Positions 26,843-39,540 of a stretch of 64,000 bases of DNA are shown piece after piece. Below the pieces are notes generated by a model, which was not told where the DNA came from, searched no databases, and saw nothing but the letters and a program-made list of their open reading frames with translations. Made by a program: the position numbers and the translations under genes. The number at the start of each line of letters is the position of its first letter. Positions within the stretch are counted from its first letter, which is position 1. The stretch is from Tubiluchus corallicola (taxonomy: Eukaryota > Animalia > Priapulida), in contig JAQGDQ010000050.1 in assembly GCA_030141605.1 (NCBI GenBank), forward strand, positions 769,827 through 833,826. Direction: 5' to 3'.

Positions 26843-28882
26843 GTAAGTTTGCCTTAATCTGCTATAGTTATATTTTTCTAGTAGAATTGAAGGCACTGTT
26901 ATTATCATTAAGCAACTATTAACTAATACAGTTATAAATGTAGAGGTTGGCTTTTTACAGTTATATATTTAAATATTTCTAACAATTTTTGTGTTGCTTT
27001 TTATTTGTTATTTCCATTCTAAACCGTGCACTACAGTTTAGTAATCCCTTTGCTGTTCACTTTCTTCTTTAACAAAAATGTGTAAGCTTGCAGCTCTATT
27101 TTTTACCACGATTGTGATCAGCTTTGAGAATACATAAAAATTTGCATTAAGTTTGATGAAAACTATTTTCCAAAGCGACTCACTGTATTTTTAATAACTC
27201 ATCTTTGTTAGTTCTGTAAGTTCTTCTAGGGGAGCCTTTTGGGAGCTTAGGAACTAATGCTGTCTTTGAGCTTAAAGATCTATTTTTAGTATGTGTCAGA
27301 TGGCTTACATGGACAGAATGTTGATCATTTATGCGAAATTTATCCAAAATGCTGTTTCTACGCTAAAATAGTTTACTAATCTATTATTGCTTGTGACAAT
27401 TTTTCTAGTGCTGCGAAGTACAAGTATTGAATACATTTGATAGTTTATGTTTGTGTGAAAGATCCCAAATGCCCATAGAAAGTAATCGTTTGTTGCTATC
27501 CAGTAACCTTATGCTGTTGCTGATCTCTGATGAACATACCCGTAATTTCTTTTGTGTCACGGCCCAATTTAGCGAGCTTCACTCATTTCTCAGAAGTTAC
27601 GAGCTTTAATGAGATTTAATGGACGTTTTGTCTGCCATGCTTCTCGTTTTTTTGTAAAAAAATAGCGCCACGTGTTTTCCATGATGTAGTACGGGAAAGT
27701 GTTTACAGTTAAATTAGGCAATTTGGTGTAGCTACAAAATTCTTGAAGACTTTACTGTCGTTGCAAGTCTTCCCTAATACCAAGAGGCCAAAAACTGCGA
27801 CATATACCTTTTCTTGGACAGTCTAAAATGGGTGCCTGGTAACCCGATAAGAGTTTTTGTTGTTGCTTGCTCTGTGTGATTATCCCGAGGCTATTCAGTA
27901 TTTTTATTTTTGTTCTGCTGTAAAAAACATATGCTATACAGATGGTGTGGTTTCCCTACTGTGTTTGTTTGCTTTGTTTGAACGAAACGACTTGTCTGCG
28001 TGTATAGACAGGAAGTGCGTTAACACTAGAAAAAATACCAGTGCTGCCTCCATGCCTACACTGGGCTTTATTTCATGGCCCAGAGTCCGTTTGTGTTGCT
28101 GTTTGGGACTCAAGCTTTAGTTGTAGGCATTTTGTTCACTGTCCAGACCCACGGTCAATCTGTCAGTTGACTTGTTTGACGGTTTGTTATTTCCCTAGGC
28201 CAACTGTAAGTGCACTCTAATGTTTTCAAGTATCAATCATTAGGTGTCCTGGTATCAGTTATTAGGCAGTATGTTTCAGTCAAGCAGATGTCTCTTTGAA
28301 CACTGAAAAAAATCTTGGCGCTGTCTTGTATTTTAGATTTAATAAGCAAAATTGAACTGCGAAGCAAACTTTAACATTTACAAAACTCACCACATGTCTG
28401 GATTGCCTTCGTGGCATTCCTGCAACCTTTCATAAACGTAAATAGCATGTTAGGAATGTCTGAAGGTTTCTTGAGTATTCTGAACCAACTTTTACACCAA
28501 TGACTAGTTGATTTTGGGTTGGTAGTGCAAAGAAAACTTCTGTGTCAGAGCGGTGAACCAACGAAATAGCAGCCAAACGTGTGAATAGCGTGACTTTGCA
28601 AATTTGCTTGATTGATGTAGGTATGGTAGTGACTTCTTCGGTTCACTACACAGTGTCGTACCTAATTGCATTAAAGTGATTTAAGCAGCTTGTTTGTGCC
28701 AAGACGCTTTCCCAGTCCACATCACACTGAGAAGGTTTATTCAGCTTATTAACAGTAAGATGATAACACTAAAGTGATTTACTGGGTACTATGGATTGAG
28801 CAATTAATTGATAAAAATGGGTGTCTGAACTGAGCGATTTGAACCTACCAGTCAACAAAAACGACAAACTTAGTGCCGGCAC

Positions 28883-30205
28883 TTGTTTATTTATTATATA
28901 TGTAAATGACATCCCAAAACTAATAAAAAAAAACTTACGTTACACAATATGCAGACGACACTAGTATCTCTACAAATAACAAACACCCAGAAATAGCTAT
29001 AAAAGATCTGCAAAAGAATATACAAGAAATGAAATACATTTTTGATTATCATCTACAAATGAATCCCGAGAAAACTATTTTCATGCTGCTAACACCCACT
29101 AACAGCAGCGAAGTAATATCAAACACCAAAACCATGAAACTAAAAATATTCAATGAAACCATACCTCAATCCAGCACTACAAAATTCTTAGGAATGGAAC
29201 TGAACAATAGATTTAATTGGGAAGACCACATCAACAATATAATTCGCAAAATGGGCCAAAGTATGTCATTCCTTAAACAAGTAAAAGGCCAGCTTACTAT
29301 TGATACCAAACTACTAATACACAAAACATTAATACCGCCTCATTTAACTTATGGCTGCCATCTACTTGCAAACATTTCTAAAACCCAAACAGATGGGTTA
29401 GATAAAACTCAAAATTATGCACTCAAGCATGTACTAGGCCACTTTTCTAAAAAAAAGAAATAAACACCATATATACTCAGCCACTACCAATAGAGAAAAA
29501 TTAAGAATACCCACTACAGAATCAAATATTCATTACCATACCTTAATATTTCTATTTAAATATGTAAATGATATAATTCCTGCTTTCAAAGAAAATACTT
29601 TATTATTTATGCTCGATAAACATAAAAACGAACGCACCTATAATCTAAAACAGTTACTTACAAAAAACACATATGGACACAATTCAGTAAGCAAAACAGC
29701 AATCAACTTATGGAATTCAGCACCCTTAAGAATAAAATCAAAAGACGGATTAACAACATTTAAAACAGAACTAAAAAACAAACTCCTAACTTACAAAAGA
29801 CCCTTATATAAAAACAATAAAGTTGAATTCATCAGTAATTGGAGAATATAAAAAAACGTGTAACGCTTTAGACTCATAAACTCATCATAATATAAGTGTC
29901 TATACTATAAAAATATACTACTCGTACGGAAACTTACATGGCAAAAAAGTAGCAAAAACTATCAAAGGTATTAAAATTCACAATTTCATAAGTCACCATC
30001 ATGTCATCATGTAGACAAATTTGTAGATATGCAATATAATATTTTAATCTTTTTATTCTCATAATTTTTAACTTACACTAACTGACACAATTGCTCACAT
30101 CAGTCTGTCACTGACTGGTTATACACTAATTTTATGTATGATGCACTTTGTTTTACTCTGTACTAGTGTATAATTTTTGCAATAAAGATTTCTATTCTGT
30201 TCTAT
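28883..30205 (+). mobile_element. 5'-truncated LINE (CR1/L2/Crack group): RT C-terminal part with frameshifts and 3' tail
   Basis: LFIIYVNDIPK and YADDT RT motifs, then LQMNPEKT, KFLGMELNNRFNWEDHIN, HLTYG, YGHNS...NLWNS...FKTELK. Frameshifts lie in A-runs; the element ends with AATAAA and an (ATTCT)-like tail. Confidence 0.9.
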
Positions 30206-32906
30206 ACTGAGTCTATTCACGTTGAAACAGTTTATTCAGTCTGTGGATACTAAAGTGTTTTACTAAATTTATTAAGACAGCTTACTCTGCATATTCATGT
30301 TTTGCATATTCTGCATGTTCTGTTTGTTTTCACTGAGACAGTTACAAGTAACTTCCTAAGTCTGGAACTGTTTTGTGGCTGAAACAGATTATGTGACTTT
30401 TGTAAACTTAAATGGTACATTCAAGTTGTTAAACATTGAAATTGAAATGGTTTGCTCATAAGGTTCATATTTAGTTTACATTTCATTGTAAAATAACTCT
30501 CACAAAGTATTCATATTTAGATAATTTACTCACATCAGACTGATGGGTGTACTTAAAATTTACAGACTGAGACCAATTACTCAGTTTACCAACATCAAAA
30601 TTGATAGTTCACTCTAGTCTGGCCAAATTAAGACGGTTTGTGTGTGTTACTAGCGTGCTTTCTGTGGATAAATGTGAAGCATCTTATAATTTTGGCTGAT
30701 TGACTTTTTTGAAAATCGATGAAATTATAAACATGTCTGATAAAATGTTGCAGTGAACATCGCATTACTAATTGTTCTTTCTAAGCTGTATTTTATGTGG
30801 TCGGCTCAACACTATATATTTGGTTGAGAAACTAGCCCCAGGCAATTTTTTCTTAATCCAACATTAAATTTTTGCTGGTGTACAGAATTTTAGCTTAGTT
30901 CATGCTCCACCGAAGATTTAATTTTTTTGCCTGTGGCAATTTGGCTTGGTTGTAGTTTACTTGCTTGTCTGTGTTTAATTGCACTTAACATGCAGTTGTA
31001 AATCAGTATTCCGTGATTATGGTGTTTATACAACGCTTGTAAAATTTTGCTAAACTTTGCTTAATACTCTATAACGCAACTAGTATACAATTAGGATTGA
31101 TATTTTTGTAGGCTTGTTAATTTATATTGGACCCTTCTTTATAATGGGAAATTTACGGTCTCAAATTTTTGTAACACAATAGGCATGCATTTCATTTTTA
31201 TAACTATTAATTAAATTATCTTGTGCATAACTTTTATCAGTAACTTTCTGGGAGCGGAACAGCTCCATCGATTAACCACAGATTTTTTTTCCTAAATTGA
31301 CATTCATGTAATTGTTTACAGAAGTTTTCTTTTTTAAATTGACGTAGTTGGTTGCGTTCTGCTTGCTATTAAGTGTGAAGTTGAAACATTAATTGAGATG
31401 ATTCAAAAAACGAATATTTTCTAGGTATAGTTTTATGATGAAATTGGTCAAGTTTGAGTTTTCTTTTCTCAGTGCTTGGCTCAAGTTGGCTGGCGACCAA
31501 GGTATCTAGGTATCTAGTCTAAAGGCAAGTTTCTGTAACACGCTTCGTGATACATATAATGAACAAATACTGTTGGGTATCTACTTTGACTTGGGCTTGT
31601 TAATAAGTTATGAACTCAAAGTAGAATTTGACATCATTAATAACCTAAGAGAGATGGCTTTAGCGTTTATGGTAACCTACTTTTCTCATATCCCTGTTAT
31701 AAAATTTTCATCACCCGATGATGTTGCTTTGATCACCGATTTATTATTAATGTACTATTATTGATTTCGACGTTGGAGAAAATTAGACTTCTTTAATTCA
31801 TTGTTTGAACTAAAAAATTTTGTAGAATCAATAAAGTTTACCCACAAACTGGGTTTCTTTACTTAACTTGACGTCCAGAAAAATGTCAATTACCATTATT
31901 ATTTTAGAGGTTGTTGTTTACACAGTTTTTATGTATTTTGAGAATGTTTTGCCAATACCTTACTATTAACAAATTGCAAACTCAGCGCTAAGTATTTTAG
32001 CGCTTGAGTGGTATAATTTACCAACATTAGGTCTTGTCTGGGACGCGTTTCCGTATTTTTACGACATTTCAGTGAATAACGTCAGCGTCGTTTGTCTGAC
32101 GATTTTAAACGTGAATCATAATCTAGTTTATATCAGCGAGGGTTCAGTACACGCTGACAGCATTTGGCTTCCTCGTACGGGCGTTTATTGACATGCTAAG
32201 TGGCTCCCTGCTACTAAGCAGCCCCAGTGGCGTGATGTGGAACACTGCTGCGGTTGGTTGAAGCGCTGCCGCCTCTGTTATATCGCATTTCATACAGCTG
32301 ATCATTACAGCGTATTCCTTATAAAATCCAGGTCATGTTATGTGAATTAATCGCTGCGCCTGCTGCTGTAGTTAAGGTGAACGCAGTGGACCAGTGATGC
32401 TTCCAGGGCGTTTTTTCTCAGATGAAAGTGCGTTGTGTACTGAGGCTCAGACTTTCATAGATCAAGATACCCTAATGTGCACATTTATTGATACACCGAA
32501 CGTGCTCTATCGCGTTTTTTTTTTGGTGTCAGAGCATGTACCACTTTCCCTGGACTCGCATCAAGAATATTTTGGCCGTTGGTTTTGTGAAGTAACTGCA
32601 GGTCACGTGTTGCGGAGTGCACAGTGCATTAAAATTACTGGCTTCGTATGAGCGTATAATCTGTGTGGGGCGTTTGATTGGAGCTTGATAGTAAGTTCGT
32701 ACTTGTTCGGTACTAATTGCTCTAGTTCGCAGCATAATGATGATAAGTGTCAGATTAATCCTGTAGTAGTTTTGACGCTTTAGTATAACTCTGCCATGTT
32801 GTTCACTTTTTAATAAACGGACCAAAATTGGTACAGTTGTAATATTTGACATGGTCTTTCATTGACGTGACAAGGCATGGTTGCACGTTTTCCATGAATT
32901 ATCCCG

Positions 32907-34440
32907 AAATTCTTCTGCTTTTTGTCATTAGCTGCCACGTTACAGCCACGAAAATCAGTTATGAAACCTTTTTTGCAGAGGTAATGCCAGATTTTTTTTC
33001 TTACACCAATATACGAAGAAATTTCAAATCACTAGGCAATCATTATAACATTTATGTTGATATATCACATTGCTTTATCAAGCAATGATTATCCGTGACT
33101 GAGAAATTAAAATAATATTAAATACTATGTAAGAAGATCATTAGGCAATCATTATAACATTTATGTTGAAATATCACACCGCTTTATCAAACAATGATTA
33201 ATAAAATAATATTAAATACTGTATAAGAAGACTCCAACAACTATAGATTATAATAGCTAAAGAATTTTTTGCTGATCTTTGTGTTACTGCTTGCTAAACT
33301 GCTAATAAAATGGAGATTCTTGCATTAAAGGTAATTTCAAAGCCAATTTCAGCAAATCGTGGCAATGATGATTTTAAACTTCTTAAACAAAAGTGTACTG
33401 TTTTATGTGGGTGATTATTAATAATGCAAAATTAATCTAATTAGCTATTTTAGACGGTGACACAAGCTTTACAGCCTTATATTGTCATGTTTACATCTCA
33501 TATTAATTTCTGATCTGAAAGCCGATTTAAGTAAAGTTTGTTAAGTTATTAATTGGTGGTCACTACAGTTTTATTGTACTGTCAAAGAGTGAATGCACGC
33601 TTGCATGTGCCACTTGCAGTTGTAATTTGTCAACTAAAATACTATTTGCATTAGTGTTTTGTCCTAACCGACGTGCTATTGTGATTTTGTGCATACTTTA
33701 GCATCATTGTACTTTCATGTGATTTTAATGTATTGCATTTAATTTACATCTATACTTTGGTTTTAATTAGTTTGCATTTACTTTAATTTCTACTTCAGAG
33801 TGATTTTAACTAGTGTGCCTTTAATTTACATGATAAGTTGTGAATTAAAACATTAAGATACTTTAAAAAGACTGAAACGTTTGCACCAAAACACCAAATA
33901 TTTATAGCAGGCCTCTAATAGGCCGTTTGTTACAAATGGTTTGACTTCACAACGTACTCTTAATGTTTAAAACGAGCAAACTATCTTTACATTAGTAATT
34001 AGAACCGCAAGACATTTTACACACGGGCGCATACTTGGTCATTAGGTCAACCTAGGGTTGCCACGCCTGATTTGGCCCGGAGTCTCCTGAAATTCAGTCA
34101 TACATCCGTACTTCCGTCGGATTTTTGAAAAATTCTGATTTCTGCAAGTAGTAACACAAAGATCAGCAAAACGTTCTGTAGCTATTATAATCTGTAGTTG
34201 TTGGAGGAGTCTTCTTATACAGTATTTAATAATATTTTAATTTCACAGTCACGGATAATCATTGTTTGATAAAGCAATGTGATATATCAACATAAATGTT
34301 ATAATGATTGCCTAATGATTTGAAATTTCTTCGTACATTGGTGTAAGAAAAAAAATCTGGCATTATTTCTGCAAAAAAGGCTTCCTAACTGATTTCCGTG
34401 CCTGGAACGCAGCAGCTAATGACAAAAAGTAGAAGAATTT
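32907..34440. repeat. Long inverted repeat: arms 32907-33294 and 34144-34440, ~850-bp spacer
   Basis: About 300 bp of high-identity reverse-complement match (e.g. TAATGCCAGATTTTTTTTCTTACACCAAT / ATTGGTGTAAGAAAAAAAATCTGGCATTA). The left arm has an internal ~110-bp tandem duplication. A hAT-type TAGGGTTGCCA terminus lies at 34053. Confidence 0.9.
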
Positions 34441-34729
34441 TGCTCAAATTTGCCACGAAGTGCCATATTTCGTACAGATGATGTTTAGGCTATAGATTTT
34501 CATTCTATGGGTAGTTTCACCAGAATCTCTTTGTGGAACCAAGGCGGATCAAGTGACGAAGTAGGGTACCTCGAGGTACCTAATCTAATGTGCTTATCTT
34601 CGCGATGCATTTCATCCCTATAAGTTTGTTTAGATGTTGATTAAATGTACTTCAATATGATTAGTAACTTAAATACAAAATTCTGCAAAGCAATGAGCAG
34701 TAGATTTCGACCATTGCATTGAAATTTAA

Positions 34730-35670
34730 GTGGAAAAATGGAAATACATCGTGCATGCCATTGAAACGTTAAGACTTAGGTCCTTAGTAACTGAGGTATA
34801 CAAATCGCTTAATAATCTAAACCCTCCATACGTTCAAGAACTTTTTGTTCCTAAACTCGTAAACTATGAACTTCCTGGCCTAAATAAATTCTTCGTGTCA
34901 ATACTACCATTTATGGCATTGATTCTCTACGGTCCCAAGGAGCAAAGTTGTGGAATGGCTCACTTAAAAATATCCTGGAGGCTACTAGTCTAGGATCATT
35001 TAAAAACTTAATTAAATCTTGGTGTGGTGAAACCTGTAAATGTTCGTATAAGTCATTTATTTCACATTACACATTTACAATATATGGTCAAAGGCCTACA
35101 ATGAACATAATGGAAATAAGTTTTTATTTTTTCTGCACACGAAAAGCCTCACACACTGTTTACCTATGTACAAATGTAAATGTGTTGCGGGCAATCAAAA
35201 AGCAAGGCTTGTTAGATTGTCCCACACTGTGAAAGAAAAAAGTAATGAAAATAATCTGAAAATTTGAAATGAATCGTATGATAAAGAAAACATTTAGTGC
35301 TTCCGAATGGAATGATATAATGAATGAAGCTCATATATGAGATGATATAAAAGATAGAAAGACTATTATTTGTGAAAATATTAGGCATGCGCGTATACAA
35401 ATTAAGATAGCTTGATTAAGATGCCTGGATTAAAATATCCGTATTGTGCATATAGTCTTGTCAACTTGAATAACGGATAATTTTGTGATACTGAATAGTG
35501 CCTAAAATTTATTGCTGTCATGATTTCTACCTGCTAATCTTTGCATTTTTATTTAATTGTGTATTTTAAAGATATCACTTTGCTTTGTATGTGTCTATTA
35601 TAGTAGCTTCGGCTAATGTTCTTTGTTTTAAACATCGACAATAAATAAAGTGTCTTATCTTATCTTAAGC
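34730..35670 (+). mobile_element. LINE 3' fragment (CR1/L2/Crack group)
   Basis: ORF2 C-terminal signature RLRSLVTEVYKSLNNLNPPYVQELF...(frameshift)YGIDSLRSQGAKLWN...SLGSFKNLIKSWCGETCKC; tail AATAAATAAAGTG(TCTTA)3. Confidence 0.8.
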
Positions 35671-36849
35671 TAAAATCAGTGGAATCTCTGTTTAAGTAAA
35701 ATAGTAAACTTATTAAATTAAATTTAATTGGTTACGCGGCTTCATCATTTAACGTCGTCTACATTTTTCGCCAACTTTTGCTGCAGCGGCAAGTGCTCCG
35801 TTCAAACATTCTTCCGGTTTATCAAAAACGTAAGAAATGCATTTGAAAGAACTCCAAAAATTGATGTACGCTGCTTGCACTTTCGTAAGTTTTATTGATT
35901 TTTGTTTTTGAAAAAGGCCTGATAAGACCAAAGCTGATTCTTCACTCCTGATTTCCGTTCGTGGCATCCCTATGCAACTGCTCAGCATTTTCTCAGCCTG
36001 CACAAGTGCTGGCTAGGTGGGTTCTTTTGTTTCTGTTGAATACTAAGGCGGAGCCATGTAAACTCGGTATATAACGCATGTTGATAATTAAGAAACATTC
36101 GACTTCTACTCAAAATCGGATTAGCAAACGATTGTTCGATAGATTGCCAACTGTTTCTCAATTAGTTGCCCACTATTGATCAGAGTAGTTCATCCCCCTT
36201 TTCTAAACGCTGTTATTATTATTGACTTGTTTGACTGTTGGGTTAAATATTGTGATGTTTTGCTGTAGTAGACCGGTTAAAACCTGAAATTGTATGATGA
36301 TTATTAAGATTGTTATCCTTTACTAACTGTGTTCCTTGAGTTCCGGCATCAGAAGATAGATAGGTACAGATTGATAAGCTGATAGCAGCCAGTGCGAGAG
36401 AGACGCTTTAAAAATTAATATCAAACTTGTAAGAAAGTGCTTACTTATACAGCACAGCAAACGGTCAACGGACAATACACTGCGAATTTTATAGGATTCT
36501 GTGTGCCCTAAGTCTGCAATAGATTGATGATAGGAGGTCTTAGACTAGAAAACTGCTGTTCATGTACGCCTCGCCCAATTATAGATATCATGTAATCACT
36601 TGCTAGTACGTATTTGTCAACGTTTAAAGGCAGTGTAGTTACAGTGTGAAATTGACCATTTTCTCTATGGGAAATGCTTCCTTTCATTAACCTATTAGTG
36701 ATAATTGCTTGATTACAGGTAATGAGCAGGCCGTGTGATCTTACCTTGTATCACGTAGTTTCTCTTCAGTAGGGTAGACTGCGCTAGCAAATGTGGGAAA
36801 TTAGTATCATTCATTGCCAAAATAAGAATCGTGTAGGATCATATTCTTG

Positions 36850-37853
36850 CGGTGCGCGGTATAAATGGCAAAGGTAAAAATGGCTCGGGGAAAAATGTCA
36901 CAAATGGAAAAGTAGGTAGAAATGGCACAGGTAAAAGTAACACAGGAAAAAATATCACAAATGGAAAAGTATGTAAAATGGCGCAGGAAAAAATGCCCAA
37001 CTGGAAAAGTAGGTAAAAATCGCACAGGTAAAAATGGCACATTATGTTATTTTGATGCATTCGATTTCTATATAAAACTAGATTGCGCTGAGTAGGCAGC
37101 AAATCTCTGCCAAAGCCGAACAATCCTAAACTTATTCATCTGATTCTTTTCATTAAAAAACGTAAAACCAAGATAAACAAGCAAACATACAAAAGTGCAC
37201 TTGTGTGGGTATTATGTAGACTAGCAAAAGATTCACAAAATATTTTGTTCATTAAATAGAATTATAATCAATGATTCACGAATATTCCGTCTAGTGTTTG
37301 TCACCTTTTGGCGATAATAATAGATTGACATATTACGTATTTATATGCCAAGTCATTAATAAATAAAGGTTATAGACAACGGAACCTGAAACTAATTCGT
37401 AGATAATGTACAAAGAAATACTAAACATTCCCGCTGAGACCTCCACGAAGTGCTTCACGAACGTTTTTTTACGTGATATTCTGTCAAGTTTTGCAAAAAA
37501 TGAACGGGCGAAAAACGCCCATTTTGGCAGTCTGTACGCGCCTTTTCTACAAAGTTTCTTGGAAATCTGTTTGGCAGTTTTTGCGTAATAGGTTTAGTGC
37601 TACAACAGACAGAAAACAACCGTGTTGATGCATACCTTCCTTGGCAGGGGTAAAAATAACTGAAATAATTATCTCCCACGGTAATCCTAACCTTAAACTC
37701 ATATTTTACTATGTGTGCCATTTTTCCTGTGTCATTTTTACCTACTTTTCCATTTGCGCCGTTTTTCTGTGGCGCTTTTTACTTGTGTCATTTTTACCTA
37801 CTTTTCCGTTTGTGCCATTTTACCTACATTCTATTTTTGCTGCATTTGTACCG
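36850..37853. mobile_element. Foldback/Mutator-like element with minisatellite-built inverted ends
   Basis: The left end is an array of GGTAAAAATGGCACA / AATGGAAAAGTA units; the right end carries reverse-complement arrays (TGTGCCATTTTT.CCT, TACTTTTCCATT). Confidence 0.75.
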
Positions 37854-37904
37854 ACTACTTGCTTAGAAAACCTTGTACCAGTCAGGTAGCTTAGGACAAA
37901 TTAA

Positions 37905-38271
37905 CGGTGCACGGTAAAAAACGGCACAGGTAAAAATAGTGCGATAAAATGACATGGAAAAGGGGAAAATTGGAAAACATGGCACACATAAACTGTGAGT
38001 TTATGGTTATAGTTATTATGGGGGATAATTATTTTAGTTTAATTTATTTTGTTTGTTTTTTGTCTGCTATACATGTATATTTTTTATTTTAGCTGTTTAT
38101 CTTAGTTTTACATGTTTTTTTTTTCAGTCAGAAGTATTAGACGAATAAGTTTAGGATTGTTTGGCTTTGGCAAAGATCAGCTTCCTACTGAACGCATTCT
38201 AGTTTTATTATAAAAATTATTTCCTCAAAATATCATATTTTTCTTACTTTTCCATTCGTGTCATTTTTACG
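37905..38271. mobile_element. Shorter inverted copy of the 36850-37853 element
   Basis: Starts CGGTGCACGGTAAAAAACGGCACAGG; internal GAATAAGTTTAGGATTGTT.GGCTTTGGCA is the reverse complement of 37107-37137. Confidence 0.7.
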
Positions 38272-39178
38272 TAAATTCCAAATGAACATCCACTTAATAC
38301 GCTTCTTTTCATCAATTTGGTTTTGTAAAAGATTTTATTATGGAACTGGCTAATTCTGTGTCGTGAACATCATCATATTGTTATAAAAAGCAAGACTAGA
38401 AATCTTTCCTAACCGCGCACAGCAGCGGCATGTTCATGATGACATAACACTACATTGATAAAATTATATTATAATGATATTCATAATTAATTTGTCATAT
38501 CTGAGTATGCACGTCATGAAGTATAAATTTGCTACAATGAATTTAACAGAATTTTGCTGCAATGAAAAATGTTTTTATTTACATTAACTACTGTACAATA
38601 TTGTTTGAACAATGACTTAAATGGCTTCCATTCCAGTAAAAAATGCAGCTAACGTGAAGATCTTTTATACAGCTTGTTTGCTAGGAATGTCTCAGTCGTT
38701 TCTTAATGTAATGTGTCAGAGCTCGGGGCACAGATCGATCACAAATCAATTACGAATGAAGGATTGCATGCTAAGGCTAAAGCCTCGCTGGTATACATAA
38801 TGTCGTTGGGATCCACACGGAGTGTGGGAGTCATTGACATGATTTTTTTTGCCGAGTCTTTACCATCACAACTATGCCTGGTAATTCCACTCGTGTGTAG
38901 AGGTTTTATTGCCTGGATCAACATTGTCTGGTTCTCATATTAACCATTGTTGTCACCTTGTGAAGTTTGTGGCAATTGGTGGAAGAATTTTCAGTGTATG
39001 CGTCTGTAAATAAAGGGATGCTTAGGAACCCACGATGAAATTTTATATAGGTATATACCATCTCCATTTTATTAGTTGTCTGTATGCCAAGTTAGGGAAC
39101 AGGCAGTCAGATGTAACATAGTTGCAATTTCTTTATTAGTGGTACTATTGTTTCTTCTGAGTTTTGGGTTGGTTGTCT

Positions 39179-39318
39179 CGTTTAGAGTGTTGACCAGTTG
39201 TGAAATGTTCTTGGTTCAAGTCTTAAGACAGCCGCGTTCTACATTGGCCGTTTAGAGTGTTGACCAGTTGTGAAATGTTCTTGGTTCAAGTCTTAAGTCA
39301 GCCACGTTTTACATTGGC
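39179..39318 (+). repeat. 70-bp tandem duplication (x2)
   Basis: CGTTTAGAGTGTTGACCAGTTGTGAAATGTTCTTGGTTCAAGTCTTAAG...ACATTGGC at 39179 and 39249. Confidence 0.95.
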
Positions 39319-39540
39319 AGCATCCTTAAGAGATTTTATTTACAAGGAGGATTTGCTTCAATAATATATTAAGTGCAACATAAATCATGAGAAAACTGCA
39401 TCATAGTGCCTGTATTGTCACTTAGATCTTGCCACATCTTCCCCAATCTATTTACTTTTCAGCCAAATACTTGTGAGCGCAATAATTGACTGTGGAATGT
39501 ATGCTAAAATTTCATTTATTTACAGGAACAGATAGCTAAA

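Noticed and set aside
35749-36003. Antisense 84-aa ORF as a nested gene in the TRIM intron
   Set aside because: No recognisable family motif or linked exons; cannot be supported without a search.
36807-37889. F/P-rich ORFs
   Set aside because: They are translations of the minisatellite TIRs of the foldback-like element.
38713-38943. Overlapping short ORFs on both strands
   Set aside because: No motif and no consistent splice context.
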